From: Octopus vulgaris
Lineage: Eukaryota
Reading direction: 5' to 3'
Assembly: GCA_951406725.2 (NCBI GenBank)
Contig: OX597814.1
Coordinates: 62,372,001 to 62,436,000, forward strand
Length of the DNA stretch: 64,000 nucleotides
Shown here: positions 27,871 through 39,723 of the stretch, in pieces
How the letters are laid out: every line of letters starts with the position of its first letter
Numbering within the stretch: the stretch's first letter is position 1
Position numbers and translations under genes: made by a program
Notes under the pieces: generated by a model
Seen by the model: the letters and a program-made list of their open reading frames with translations, nothing else
Database searches by the model: none
What the model was told of the DNA's origin: nothing

Positions 27871-28360
27871 CGGAGGTGCAATGGCCCAGTAGTTAGGGCA
27901 GCGGACTCGTGGTCGTAAGAACGCGGTTTCGATTTCCAGACCGGGCATTGTGAGTTTTTATTGAGCAAAAACACCTAACTCCACGAGGCTCCGGCGGGTG
28001 GTGGTGGTGAACCCTGCTGTACTCTTTCCCCACAACTTTCTCTCACTCTTTCTTCCTACTTCTGCCACAAAGCAGAGGAACCATGGTGCAACCCACTATT
28101 GTGTGGTAAACTTTCAGACCCTAGTCTAGATTGCGAATCCTCTGTACCCCAGAATGGTTCAGCTCTCCACCCGTTAAAAAGCCACCGTTTACGGAATGAG
28201 GATAACAACGTAGCTTTCACGCCCGTGCAACCGCCAGTCTATCGCGTGTGGTGGGTGGATCTTCAAGTTGCCACACGCATTCTTAGTAGCTTAGAGTAGG
28301 CTCGAATTAGATATTATTCTTTGTGGCTAATGGCGTGAGTCCTGATTGGAAGAAGAAGAT
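27871..28360 (+). mobile_element. tRNA-derived SINE (family D) with (GAA)n tail inserted in Gypsy gag
   Basis: TGGCCCAGTAGTT A box, GGTTTCGATTTC B box; TSD AACAGCAGCTG at 27860-27870 and 28361-28371. Confidence 0.85.
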
Positions 28361-29649
28361 AACAGCAGCTGAAAGAACAACAAGAGCAGCTGCTACAACT
28401 GCAAGAAAAACAGCAAGTAAGAACAAGAATTCTCGCTAAGCTGGAACAAAACCAAGCTGTAACCTTACAACAAGTGTCAGAAGAGTGTGAAATAATAGTA
28501 AATTTTAGATACGACACAAAAAAATTGACCATAAATATTGCTTCCAAGTGAAGTAAGTGCGAAACAGGCAAAATAGAAATCAAGTGTGTACTAAAATACA
28601 GTACAAACAGGACAAAAATTAGGAAACAAACTCATGTTTTGCATGTGGAGGTTTACACTTGAGAAAAACTGCCTATTTAAGAAAGCGGAATGTTTCCGTT
28701 GTGGAAAAATTGTATATGTAAAAGCACACTGTAAAACCAAGATGACAAAACGTTGGAACAAAGAAAGAAGAAATAAACAAAATGTCGTCGAAAGAAAATG
28801 GTAATATAACAAAGAGGAAATTTGTAAATGTGAAAATTAAAATTATAAGAATAAAAATGTAGTTAGACACAAGAAGTGATATTACCATTGTAAATGAAGT
28901 ATATAGGTAAGCCGAAATTAAGTAAATCTACAAAAGTAGCGCACGGTGTTATGGGTAAAAGATTTATTTTGTAGGTGAATTTGTGTGTAATGTGACATTT
29001 CGTGACCGAATGAAAACGGCAAAAATATGTGTTAAAGAATTAAGTTAATCTATTCGACACAGAGTGGATGGAATTGTTCAAATTGTGGAATACGCCCAAA
29101 AGTATTTTGTGTGGGAATATAGTCGGTTCAGTCGAAGGTTCAAATTCGGCTGAAGGATTGAAACAAAAAATAAAACATTTATTCCCAGAAGTTTTCTCGG
29201 AGCAACTGGGGTGCTGCACAGTGCAACACCTGTATTTAAGCGAAAACGGAATGTACTATTAGCAGCAATAGAACAGGTAAATAAGGAACTTAGAAAACTT
29301 GAAAACCTAGAAATAATCGAGAAGCCGGATCACTCAAACTGGGCAGCACCTACGGTCTACGTTAAAAAGAAAAATAAGTTAAGAGTTTGGGCAGATTTTT
29401 CAACTGGGCTGAATTGTTGCTTAATCTCACATTACTACCTATTGCCGCACCCTGAAGAAGTGTTTGCAAAACTGAATGGAGGGAAATTCTTCTCAAAATT
29501 AGACCTCTCGGAGGCATATTTACAAATCCAAGTAGAAGAAGAATGCTCACACTTATTAACCATTAATATACACCGTGGATTATTTAAATCTAAGCTGCTT
29601 CCCTTTCGTGTAAAAGTGACCCCTTCCATATTTCAACAAATAATGGATA

Positions 29650-30080
29650 TGTAACAGGATGAGAGGTCCCAGCATTGGAAGGGTGCAGCTCGCATCCTTT
29701 ACATTAAATATTAATCGAAGGAAAGAGTCAAGACTTCCGATTAACTTCAACAGTATAAATATTTATTTCTTGATTCGCAATATATATATTCTTCTTTCTG
29801 CGCGAATCGGCAGCCTAGGAGCTTATCGCAGTAGTCAAGTGGAGTGAGCCAAATCCTGTCCGTTCAAGCATAGCGGAGATACGCCACAAGGTATCAGCTT
29901 GAAAGAGCTGCTAAAACACGACTGTCCTGTTCAGCTGCTGGCGTTCGAGAGAACGATACGAGAGAAATTTCGCTGCTGCTAGTTTTCTGCGCATGCACAT
30001 GAGGGAACTTCCGGCAGGCCTCCCGGAAGAATCCAACTCTGCGCATGCGTGCTGGGGATTTCCAAGATGGCGTCACTACA
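29650..30080 (-). mobile_element. 431-bp solo LTR inserted in the Gypsy RT
   Basis: TGTA..TACA termini, 4-bp TSD GATA (29646-29649, 30081-30084); removal restores ..QQIMDTML..; AATAAA on the minus strand near 29765. Confidence 0.9.
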
Positions 30081-30537
30081 GATACAATGCTGTGTGACTG
30101 TGATTTTGCGATCGCCTATTTAGACGATATTCTAATAAAAAGCAAATCACATGAACAACATGTAGAACGTGTTAAAAGGGTATTCGAAAAGATTAGAGAA
30201 TACGGTTTCAAGTTAACGGAAGAAAAATGCGAGTTCTTTATGAAAGAAATTAATTACTCGGGTTAGGTAATAGATAAAAGCAGATGGAAACCAGATCCAT
30301 CCAGAGCAACAGCGATAAGAAATATGTCCATACCGAATAATGTGATTACGCTACAAGCACTTTCATTTGCAAGTTGTTAGCAAATAAACTGTGCGAGAGC
30401 CACAATAATTATTGAAGCTGACATGTTTCAACTGAAGATACCGCTCTGACCTTATCATCTGAAGATGCTTTTCATGAAATTTGTAGTGGTAAACGTTGAA
30501 CAAGTGGTCGCAAAGCATCAAATCAATTTATAACATA

Positions 30538-30755
30538 GACAGGAGTGCTGAAGAGTTCCTGGATTTAAGGGCATCGTGAAAGGCCTGGTTGGAGGCCCAA
30601 ACTTCTGAGTTCTTTTACAGGGCTCAGAAAAAGCTGAAGGGTCGCTGCAATAAGATTGTAAATCTGAGAGGGGAATATGTTGAGTAAAATCATCTTTAAC
30701 CGATCCTCCTGTATTTTCTTTTACTCAGAACCAGGAACTTTTCAGCACTCCCTCG
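30538..30755 (+). mobile_element. Mariner-derived MITE
   Basis: TIRs GGAGTGCTGAAGAGTTCCTGG / CCAGGAACTTTTCAGCACTCC; internal LRGEYVE* transposase end. Confidence 0.85.
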
Positions 30756-30769
30756 CATTTATAAAATAT

Positions 30770-30975
30770 ATTGGTTTCAAAGTTTGGTACAAGGCCAGCA
30801 CTTTTGGAAGAGGGGATAAGTCGATTACATTGCCCTCTTGTTCAACTGGAACTTGTTTTATCAACCCCGAAATAATGAAATACAAAGTCGACCCTGGCGA
30901 TATTTGAACAAAGTCGGAAGAAATGCTGCTAAGCATTTTTCGCGGTACGGTAACGATTCTGCTTGGTCACTGCCA
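30770..30975 (-). mobile_element. tRNA-derived SINE (family A)
   Basis: Matches other family A copies. Confidence 0.8.
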
Positions 30976-31700
30976 TATATTTATAAAGCATATTAATGAG
31001 ATATATACTAGCGACAGAGGCAATATTAATACCGAGAGGTAATATTTATCAGCACTTAAACGTGGACGTTTTATTTGAACAAACTATGTTGCAGTATCTA
31101 TCATGAGAGAAACTCTCATACTGGCCTTTTGATGTAAAATGCACTCTTGTTTATATAGCTAGCGGAGAGATAACTTCTCCGCTACCTCTAAAGCCGAGAG
31201 CACCAGTTGATGGACACTCGACTGCTAGAGGAAACAGCGATTCACCTCGCCGCCAGCGATGTGTAGATTGACTTATTAATGAGAGAACAAAGGTATATTA
31301 ATGTATATAAAAAATATAGCAGAAAACCAGGAAAGATCTGGAAGGTGGAAGTTCACAGTAATTTGGTGTAAATGGGTATCCTCCATGATGCGGTAGAAAA
31401 AAATTCGAGATTTTAGCGTTGATTTGACCTAAGTAGTTAATTGGAATCCGTAGAATCATTGGTGAAAAACTTGCAAGAGATGGTTAGGAAAGGTACCATA
31501 CCACACACACGTATATAGAAATTATTCTTGCATTTCTTTCTCTGAGTTTATTAATCTCCAACTAATTTCTAATTAATTTTTAAAACCCTCTCAGTCTCTA
31601 AATGCTTCCATTAGATAAATCTTGTAAGGTTTCTGTTTACATATAATATGCATGAGAGAGTGTGTGTGTGCTAGATAGGGAGAGAGAGACAGAGAGAATA

Positions 31701-31748
<48 letters not shown>

Positions 31749-32159
31749 TGTGTGTGTGTGTGTGTGTGTATGTGTGTGTGTGTGTTAGTGTGAGTGCTGT
31801 ACGTACAAAGATATGCACCTAACAAGAAACATCTCAGTTCATCTAATCGCGACAGTTATTGACTGAGAAAACTTAGAAATTCGTTGGTGCTAAGATTAAT
31901 GCCTACGTGAAATAAATGCAAGAATTAATTTTACATCTATGCATGCATGTATATATATATGCGCCGCACAGACACACACACGCACACACGCACACACACA
32001 CACACACATGCACGCACGCACACATATATACACTCACAGGCACACACAAATATATGTATGTATATATTATGTATACGTATGCGTTTCTCTCTCTCTCTCT
32101 CATACATACATACATACATACATACATACATACATACATACATACATACATACATACAT

Positions 32160-32191
<32 letters not shown>

Positions 32192-32859
32192 GCACACATA
32201 AGTGTGCACATGTAATTTAGGAGACTGATCTCAGCCAAAGCCAGCATCAAAGAGAGAGAGAAAGAAAGAGAGGGAAAGTGAAAGGGAGAGAGCGAGAGAC
32301 AAATTTGTATTCAGTCCCCTTTCTTCAACTATAAATCTAGAACAGTGTATTACGGATTCGTTGACTAAAATAGACTGTTTATCGGGTTGTTCTGTCTCAA
32401 GAGATTTCTACCGGAAGAAGTATGATAAGCGAGATAAGGAAATAATATTCCGACAGTCTAGAGAGTGTATCCTAAATAGCAATGTATATTGAAACATATC
32501 AGTGAAATATTTGAAGGGCTCGTATTACACTGAATCAGCAAACATGCTTTGGTAAAAATGCAAAGTTAGATTTGTACAGAAATGTGCATTGTTGTATGTG
32601 GTTGCGTCAACGACCATCGGATTATAAAGTGTGGCTTGTACCCGCTTTGTCGATTGCCAAGAAGTTTAACTCTAACATTGGACAAATCTACTTGCACAAC
32701 TTTATTTCGATGAGTATGTAAATGATTGTTTTAAGTTATTAAGTATTTTCAAGTAAATAGTCATATTTGGAATGTACTCGATTTTAAATCAGTTTGTATA
32801 GTCTGGTAATCTCGAACGTATAGACTTAGACTTCGAACCTGTGAGCAATACAAATACCA

Positions 32860-33330
32860 TTATGAATCTGCAGTAAATATTTCAGCCTCCACCTGATTTT
32901 CATAATGACAACAGTTGAAGTTCGTTGCAGCAGAAATTGTGTCGTGTATGTGGTCTTTCAGTTTTAGTGTATTTGTTTCGATGTATACGAGATGGTTGGT
33001 CTGTGTACAATTTATGATACGAACTGCACTATTTTGTGTTGTTTGAAATTTATTGTAGTTCGAAGTGGAGATTGAGTGCCCAAGCCAGACTGGCGTAGTC
33101 CGTGATAGATCTAATGTGTTGTTTGTACACGTTGTCGCTTCCTTTTGTTGACCAAATGTGATATCTGGGATTACTCTGAATATGTTTGAACGTTGTTTTG
33201 CTTTCTTTAAAATGTTTGCTTTCTGTATTGTGATTGCTGTGAGGGCATTGTATGTAACTTTTGGTATTTTTGCTTTCTGTATGTATTGTGTGTTTATGGT
33301 GTTCAATGTGATAGTTTGTTATATCTGATG
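32860..33330 (-). mobile_element. Degenerate LINE RT C-terminal fragment (I/Jockey group)
   Basis: TFGQQKEA..PVW..KFQTTQNSAVRII..ETNTL matches the post-RT pattern. Confidence 0.65.
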
Positions 33331-33691
33331 TTCTCTGGTGTTGTTGATAAGAAGGGAAAAGTTAATTGCTAGGAGCTGCATGGGAACGTGCAAATCTTAT
33401 TTCTTTCAAAAATAAAAACATCCTAAATAAAATTAAAAAAAGCCAAAACAAACTCGTATCAAGAAACTATCATTTCCCCTCTCTGCTTTAACATGAACAG
33501 CTTATACCTAGAGCCCTCCAAATGACTACATACGTTAGAAATAAGTATCATCAAGGATCTCTTATGTCGAAAGTATCCCAAAGCTTGTTCCTAAAATTCA
33601 CTCCATAATTGCCCACAGGCATTTGGCGTAGTGGTTAAGAGCGCGGGCCACTAAGCCCAAGATTCCGAGTTCGATTCCAAGCAGTGACCTC

Positions 33692-33721
<30 letters not shown>

Positions 33722-33722
<1 letters not shown>

Positions 33723-34248
33723 GGCAGTGGCTCTCATGGCTTCTGATCTTAACTGATTGGAAGTATTATCATGTACATTGTTTTGTCCTGGACTACAGCA
33801 AATATTCTGCTCAATACCACAGATTTGCTTGTCAGTTGTTTGACCATAACCAGTTGAGCATGTCCCTGAGTGGCTGACGATATGTGCATCTCTGATCACG
33901 AGCAGAAGTAGTGGGGGAGCATCATAGCCATGTGTTGAGAGGGATTTTTTGGGGTTTGAATAATTCAACTTTGGAAACATGGGTGCTTCGTTCAACATCC
34001 TTAAACAATCCTTATTCAGGGATCTTTTGAGCAGGATGGGTTACTCGACCAGAAGAAAATTCTAACTGGGCCCCACCTGCAAGGTCATGTGCTGTTTATC
34101 TTGATATGAGATCACCATGTCGCGCACATATGGTTGTGATGCATGTGTCTGGTGTACCCTTATCAGACGGGTAAACCATGATGGATATACTGGGCTTCGT
34201 ATATTTTACCCCAGTGTCACTTTGATGGTATGCACTGCTCTCTCACTC
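33722..34248 (+). mobile_element. Non-coding retroposon inserted in (AAT)n
   Basis: (AAT)n on both sides; homologous minus-strand pieces at 58711-58944 and 59508-59600, each abutting (ATT)n. Confidence 0.75.
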
Positions 34249-34325
<77 letters not shown>

Positions 34326-34386
34326 TAACAACAACAACATCGAAGAATACCTTAGGAATGAGAACCCAGGTTCGAAATTTCCCCAA

Positions 34387-34432
34387 GACACCTGAAGAAG
34401 GCTGGAGGGTATATCAGCCAAAACGTTGTGTT
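34387..34432 (+). ncRNA. Minimal type-I hammerhead motif, mutated copy (G12>A)
   Basis: GACAC-CUGAAGA-A-GGCUG-loop-CAGCC-AAAA-C-GUU-GUGUU. Confidence 0.6.
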
Positions 34433-36149
34433 AACAACAAACAAGATGAGGTCAAATATCCGGCGAATGTAAATAATGTACATAATTCTTCATGTCTTAA
34501 ATATAGAACTGGAAAAGTATCTGTAAAAGATTTTGTTGGTTTTCGAATTGTAATAGTTTTGCCAAGCTTCTAAAGTCTACGAATTTGACAGCGTTGGCAC
34601 GTGTAGTTGTAGATATTAGTGAGTGCTGCTGTTCATTCAGCCCACACGTGTTTTGTGTGTATGTCTTTAATTTTGTCTCACTCTGAGGCTTTTGATTTGC
34701 TAGATTTCAGTCTTGCTTTTTGGATGTTTGACAGGAAGATGCGTATTTCTCGGTTTGCATTTTTTTATGTGTTTCCTTTTGATTTATTGATTTTCGGGAA
34801 ATGCTTAATAAGGGCATTAACTTGGTATTGCAGTGTGGGTATTTTATTTGAGGTTGTTATTACAACATGGGGTGAGTTGAGACCGTTGTTGTTGTTGAAA
34901 ACGATGTTAATTATTCTCAATAGTGTTTTACTGTTAGAATTAAATAAATATTTGTCAGTTTTCTATTTTCCGTTATTTTATTTTATTTTCTTATTTAATT
35001 GTTTGATGCAGTGTTTGATTTTGCTCCAGAGTGGTTTTGGTGTATTTTGCTCTGTTTTTTTTTCTATAATTGGGTTGCATTTTTATGTTGCTTTGTGAGA
35101 TGTTTCTTAGATGCGTCTATAATTATTTTGTTGAATGTTTGTACTGCAGTGCCTATGTTGGTAATTGTGGTATTGCTGATTTCAGAAAACTTTGGTTCTG
35201 CTCCTGGTTGAGATTGTAACATTTAAAAAAAGTTTTTGTGCATGATATTTTCCCAAACTTGTACAAGTGTTTTGCGATAATCCAAGTAACACTGAAGCAT
35301 TGTTTGCCAACTGATTGTAGTAGTTAAGTGCACTGAACAGAAGGGGATATTAGGAGAGGAATTATCGTATGTTTGTTTAGTAAGATATATGTGTGTGTGT
35401 TAGTGTAGGCAATTTGATATGTAGGGGAACCCGAATGCTGCTGTTTCATTCCTCTTATTTTCCCCACTATTTGAAAACCAGGATGTGTTGAGAGTATTAA
35501 AGTCTTCTACAATGAAGACATTCGTGAGAGTGTAATAACGTTGAGCCTAGAGGGACGGTTAGTGAGGTCAGCTGGAATATGCATAAATTTATTATATCGT
35601 TATACTTACTATGTTGTTGATTTATGTTTTGAAAACCTGCTTATCTAGTGTAGAATCGTACTCTATTAGTTTGTGAATGCCATTTGTGACACATATTGAA
35701 TGCAATATTTAAATTATACTTAAATTGCAAGACCATCTATTCCATTGAAAAGGCTCTGTCATGGATAGTTTTAAAACTGTTTCGTAAATTATTGCTTGGT
35801 ACATTGCAAATGATGGTTATAAAAAAACAAGCAAAAATTTATTAAGCTATTTTCAAAACCGTTCATGCTATGTTGTAGAACTGGTAGATTTGTGTCACAT
35901 TTACTTATCTTATTTTTATATTGATTTGTACGTCGGAAGAATGTGTTTTTAAATGAATTTTGTGCTATTCTGGGATGTTTGGAATCGTGACAACAACGCT
36001 TCCTTTATGATCATCGACGTTGTTGTTATTGTTAATGTTGTTGATGTTATTGTTGTTTGACCTGCAAAGTTTTACTGGATTGTTTGTAAATGCTTTTGTT
36101 TTTTTTGGTTCTGAAATGTTGAAGACTATTCTTTTGTTCTTTTTTCTTT

Positions 36150-36384
36150 TGTTTCTTTCAGTCATTTGACTGTAGCCATGCTGGAGCACCGCCTTTAGTC
36201 GAACAAATCGACCCCAGGATTGATTATTTTTAAGCGTAGTACTTGTTCTATCAGTCTCTTTTGCCGAACCGCTAAGTTACTGGGGACATAACACCAATAT
36301 CGGTCGTCAAACGATTGGTAGGGGGACAAACACAGACACAAACACACAAACACAGACACAGACACAGACACAGACACAGACACA

Positions 36385-36427
<43 letters not shown>

Positions 36428-36604
36428 ACACACACACACACGACGGGCTTCTTTCAGTTTCTGTCTACCAAATCCACTCACAAGGCTTTTGTCGGCCCGA
36501 GGCTATAATAGAAGACATTTGCCCATGGTGCCACGCAGTGGGACTGAACCCGGAGCCATATGGTTAGGAAGTAAGCTTCGTACAACACAGCCACTCCTGC
36601 GCCT
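36150..36604 (-). mobile_element. Full-length tRNA-derived SINE (family B)
   Basis: Reverse complement of the 5999-6367 family. Confidence 0.9.
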
Positions 36605-36649
36605 TAAAAGAAAAAGAAATGTTGTCTTTCAACATACATTTGGGTCGGT

Positions 36650-36975
36650 TACGTGTTGAGATTTAGTTTCTAAAGTTCAAAGACATTCACATATACTGGG
36701 AAAGAATTTCCTGTGTGTCGAAATTTCACCTTTGACTTACATTCCAACCGTGGCATCTCGTGTTCTTCCCTGGGTTGTTGTACTTAATATTAATTTATCA
36801 TAAATATTTAACCATCTTGAAGATTGTTGGGTGGTATTCCGTATGTCATTACCAACTTTTCCTGCAAGTTTCATCAAATACCGTTTACAACTTTTTGAGT
36901 TATTTTGCACACAGACGGACAGACAGACAAACCAACGCCGATGAAAAAATAATCTCCTTCCTTGGTGGAGGTAAT
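36650..36975. mobile_element. Non-autonomous element, DINE-1/HINE-like
   Basis: (GACA/GACG) micro-array followed by a terminal hairpin ATCTCC..GGAGGT; superfamily uncertain. Confidence 0.5.
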
Positions 36976-36988
36976 AATAATAATAATG

Positions 36989-37085
<97 letters not shown>

Positions 37086-37618
37086 CAACAACAACAACAC
37101 TATATATATGTATGTATATATATATATATGTATAATACATATATACGTGTGTGTGTATATGAGTTAATATGTATAACGAATAAGCATTGAGTGGTTTGAT
37201 ATTAAATAAGGTATCCTGGATAAAGTACTTCACGACGCATTCTACATGAAACCAAATAGTAAAACTGATGTTAATCACATTGTGGTAAGTAGAAAGAATC
37301 AAAAAGCCGATCTGTGTTAACATGGTACTTTACTGAGGAGGCCGAATGTATTGCCAAGACCAGAACCATTCAGCACTGCATTGCTTAGACTCCATATTTA
37401 ATTTATATTATATAATTAAAATTTCGTGATTGACTTTGGCATGAATTCTTCATTAACCAAATGATTATTTCCACTCACTACATTTTGAACTAATTAACAT
37501 TCTTCGCTCATTCTCATTTGTTTTTTTCAGGCATAACATGACTCAGGATATATTTTCTCTAAAAGTTCTACTTCAAAGCTTCTTTTTCTGCCAGCTCACC
37601 AGTTTTTAGAATATTATA

Positions 37619-37874
37619 TTGGGTTGGTGCATAATTATTGCGGCTTTTTTCCAACAAATTTTATTCAACAAAAACAATAACAATACTTTATAAAAACATC
37701 TTTAAATGACGGTCTGACCGTCTGCCAAGCAAATGTGAAGCAGTAACTGAAGTAGATTGTGAATATGCTCCGGAATAATCATTTAAAGATGTTTTTGTTA
37801 CATGTTGTTATTGTTTTCTTGAATAAAATTTGTTGAAAAAAAAAAAAAGCCGCTATAATTATGCACCAACCCAA
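37619..37874. mobile_element. Mariner-derived MITE with long inverted arms
   Basis: TA-TTGGGTTGGTGCATAATTAT..ATAATTATGCACCAACCCAA-TA; arms of about 90 bp. Confidence 0.92.
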
Positions 37875-38488
37875 TATATAGGTGTCAATTTGTTTGGAAA
37901 GGGTAGGCGGCAACAACAGGTCTTGACTTGTGTATCGTTACTGGTATTTATATTCAGAGAAGCAAAAATTCCCACGGCTAACCTTACATATTGCTTGTAA
38001 AAGGATTACTTAACTATTAAGATTTCACATACAAAATCAAATTTATAAAGATGTGGGAGGAACGATATTGGATAACTACCAGACTTTTTTTTACGTATAT
38101 ATATTTGTATTTTTATCTGGCCATTAGCGTAAATTGTGTGAATTAGTTTCAACTGATAGGCAAAAACAGTTTTCAGTTTTATTTTGCTATGAGTTCTTTT
38201 CTTGATCTGTTTTATGTTTTACAATATTAGCCTCGTTACGGTAATATTGTGTTATTTAGATGAAAAGCCATGCAATTATAAGAAAAAGGAATGAAGAGAG
38301 GCAACATTCATGTCTTTCTCAAGAACATTGATTCTATATGATTCAGGCATTGGTTTGGGGTTGAGAAGTTGGCGTGGATTCCATGTGGTTCTGGCATTAA
38401 TTCCACTGTGTGACATCTTGAGCAGATGCTGTCTACAATAGCTTCGTGTTGACTATTGCATTAAGAGTGGAATTTGGTTGGTTGAAAC

Positions 38489-38582
<94 letters not shown>

Positions 38583-39669
38583 TACATACATACATACATA
38601 CATGTATGAAGGTGGTGCAACATTTGTCATTGACAACTCGAAGATTTTAAAATGAACTTCAACATCTCTTACGGAGAAGTCGTAAACAGAAGGTTCATGT
38701 TAACTGGCATGTACGCTCTTCCAATGATACTATCAAACCTATGTAAGCTGGGTCTACAACAGGAGTACCTTGCATTCTTTATCTCTACTGCTTGTTACTC
38801 TTTATAGTAAGAAGGAACCTAATGGTACAGCAGTGTTCATGCAAAGAGATCGCGCTGACATAAAACAACTTGCGCGACTGTTTTGATACGCCAGAGCAAA
38901 TATTGCAGCGTTCGATTTCTTGATGATTACTAACGGAATATGTCAGTTAAAACTGATAGGGGCATTAAATCTCTCGATCAGAAGTGGGAAATAGAGAATA
39001 ATATCACCTTTTGGGGCTATTCTTCTGCAAGAAGGAGAGATATTTTTACTTACTTGGGTTTTCATGTCAAAGGACTTTAGAAATCGTTTGCGCATATGTT
39101 GCTTACCATGCAAAGTGACTTACAGTTGAAGCAACAGCAGATACCTTGAGCCACCTGGGTTTTCACAATATATTTCCCCACTTCCTTAGATTGAAAAGCC
39201 CAGCAGATATGATGAAATCAATTTGATTGAAGTGAATTTTATTTGTAAACCAAATCAAAATATGTGTATAGGGCATTTCCTGTTTCCGTGGTCTTATCAA
39301 GGAAACATAATGATTGTCCGAAAGAAAAAAGTGGATTCTCTATCATTATACCGAACGGAAATGTCAATGGGCAGCACTCAATGAAAACGGAGAATCTTAC
39401 CCTAACCCAAACTACGACTGAAAAAATGTTATGCTCTGTGTTTGGTGAAATACGAAGGGTATCGTCTATCATAAAATGTTAAACCAAACCGAAACAAAAA
39501 TTTGTTGAAAAACATCCATCATTGGTCAGTCACAAAGGAGTATTTATTTTACACGATTAGGCAAGACAAGAAGAAAAGATAATGGCACTGAATATAGAAG
39601 TTTTGCTTATCCTCCTTACCCTCCCAACTTTGCTTCATTTGGTTACAATCTTTCCATTTCTTCCCAACC

Positions 39670-39719
<50 letters not shown>

Positions 39720-39723
<4 letters not shown>

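Larger units (their letters stand above)
27550..30365 (+). mobile_element. 3'-truncated Gypsy LTR retrotransposon (5' LTR, gag, protease, RT)
   Basis: LTR TGTT..AACA 27550-27755 with TATAAATA; PBS TGGCGACGA 27757-27765; zinc knuckles CFACGGLH and CFRCGKI..HC; protease LDTRSD; RT WAAPTV, FSKLDLSEAYLQI, LPF.VK.TPSIFQ, YLDDILI. Confidence 0.92.
33615..34511 (+). mobile_element. tRNA-headed SINE with internal (AAT)n and 3' hammerhead-like motif, interrupted by a second element
   Basis: A box TGGCGTAGTGG 33624-33634, B box GAGTTCGATTCC 33667-33678, (AAT)n, 3' half 34340-34511 near-identical to 59655-59833. Confidence 0.8.

Noticed and set aside
33615-33690. tRNA gene
   Set aside because: A and B boxes are present but the acceptor stem is incomplete, there is no T-run terminator, and it continues into repeat sequence; it is a SINE head
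37510-37600. Splice acceptor TTTTTTTTCAG|G suggesting a host exon
   Set aside because: No matching donor or recognisable coding sequence
38600-39480. Complex sequence that might be an exon or transposase
   Set aside because: No recognisable motif or sustained reading frame on either strand
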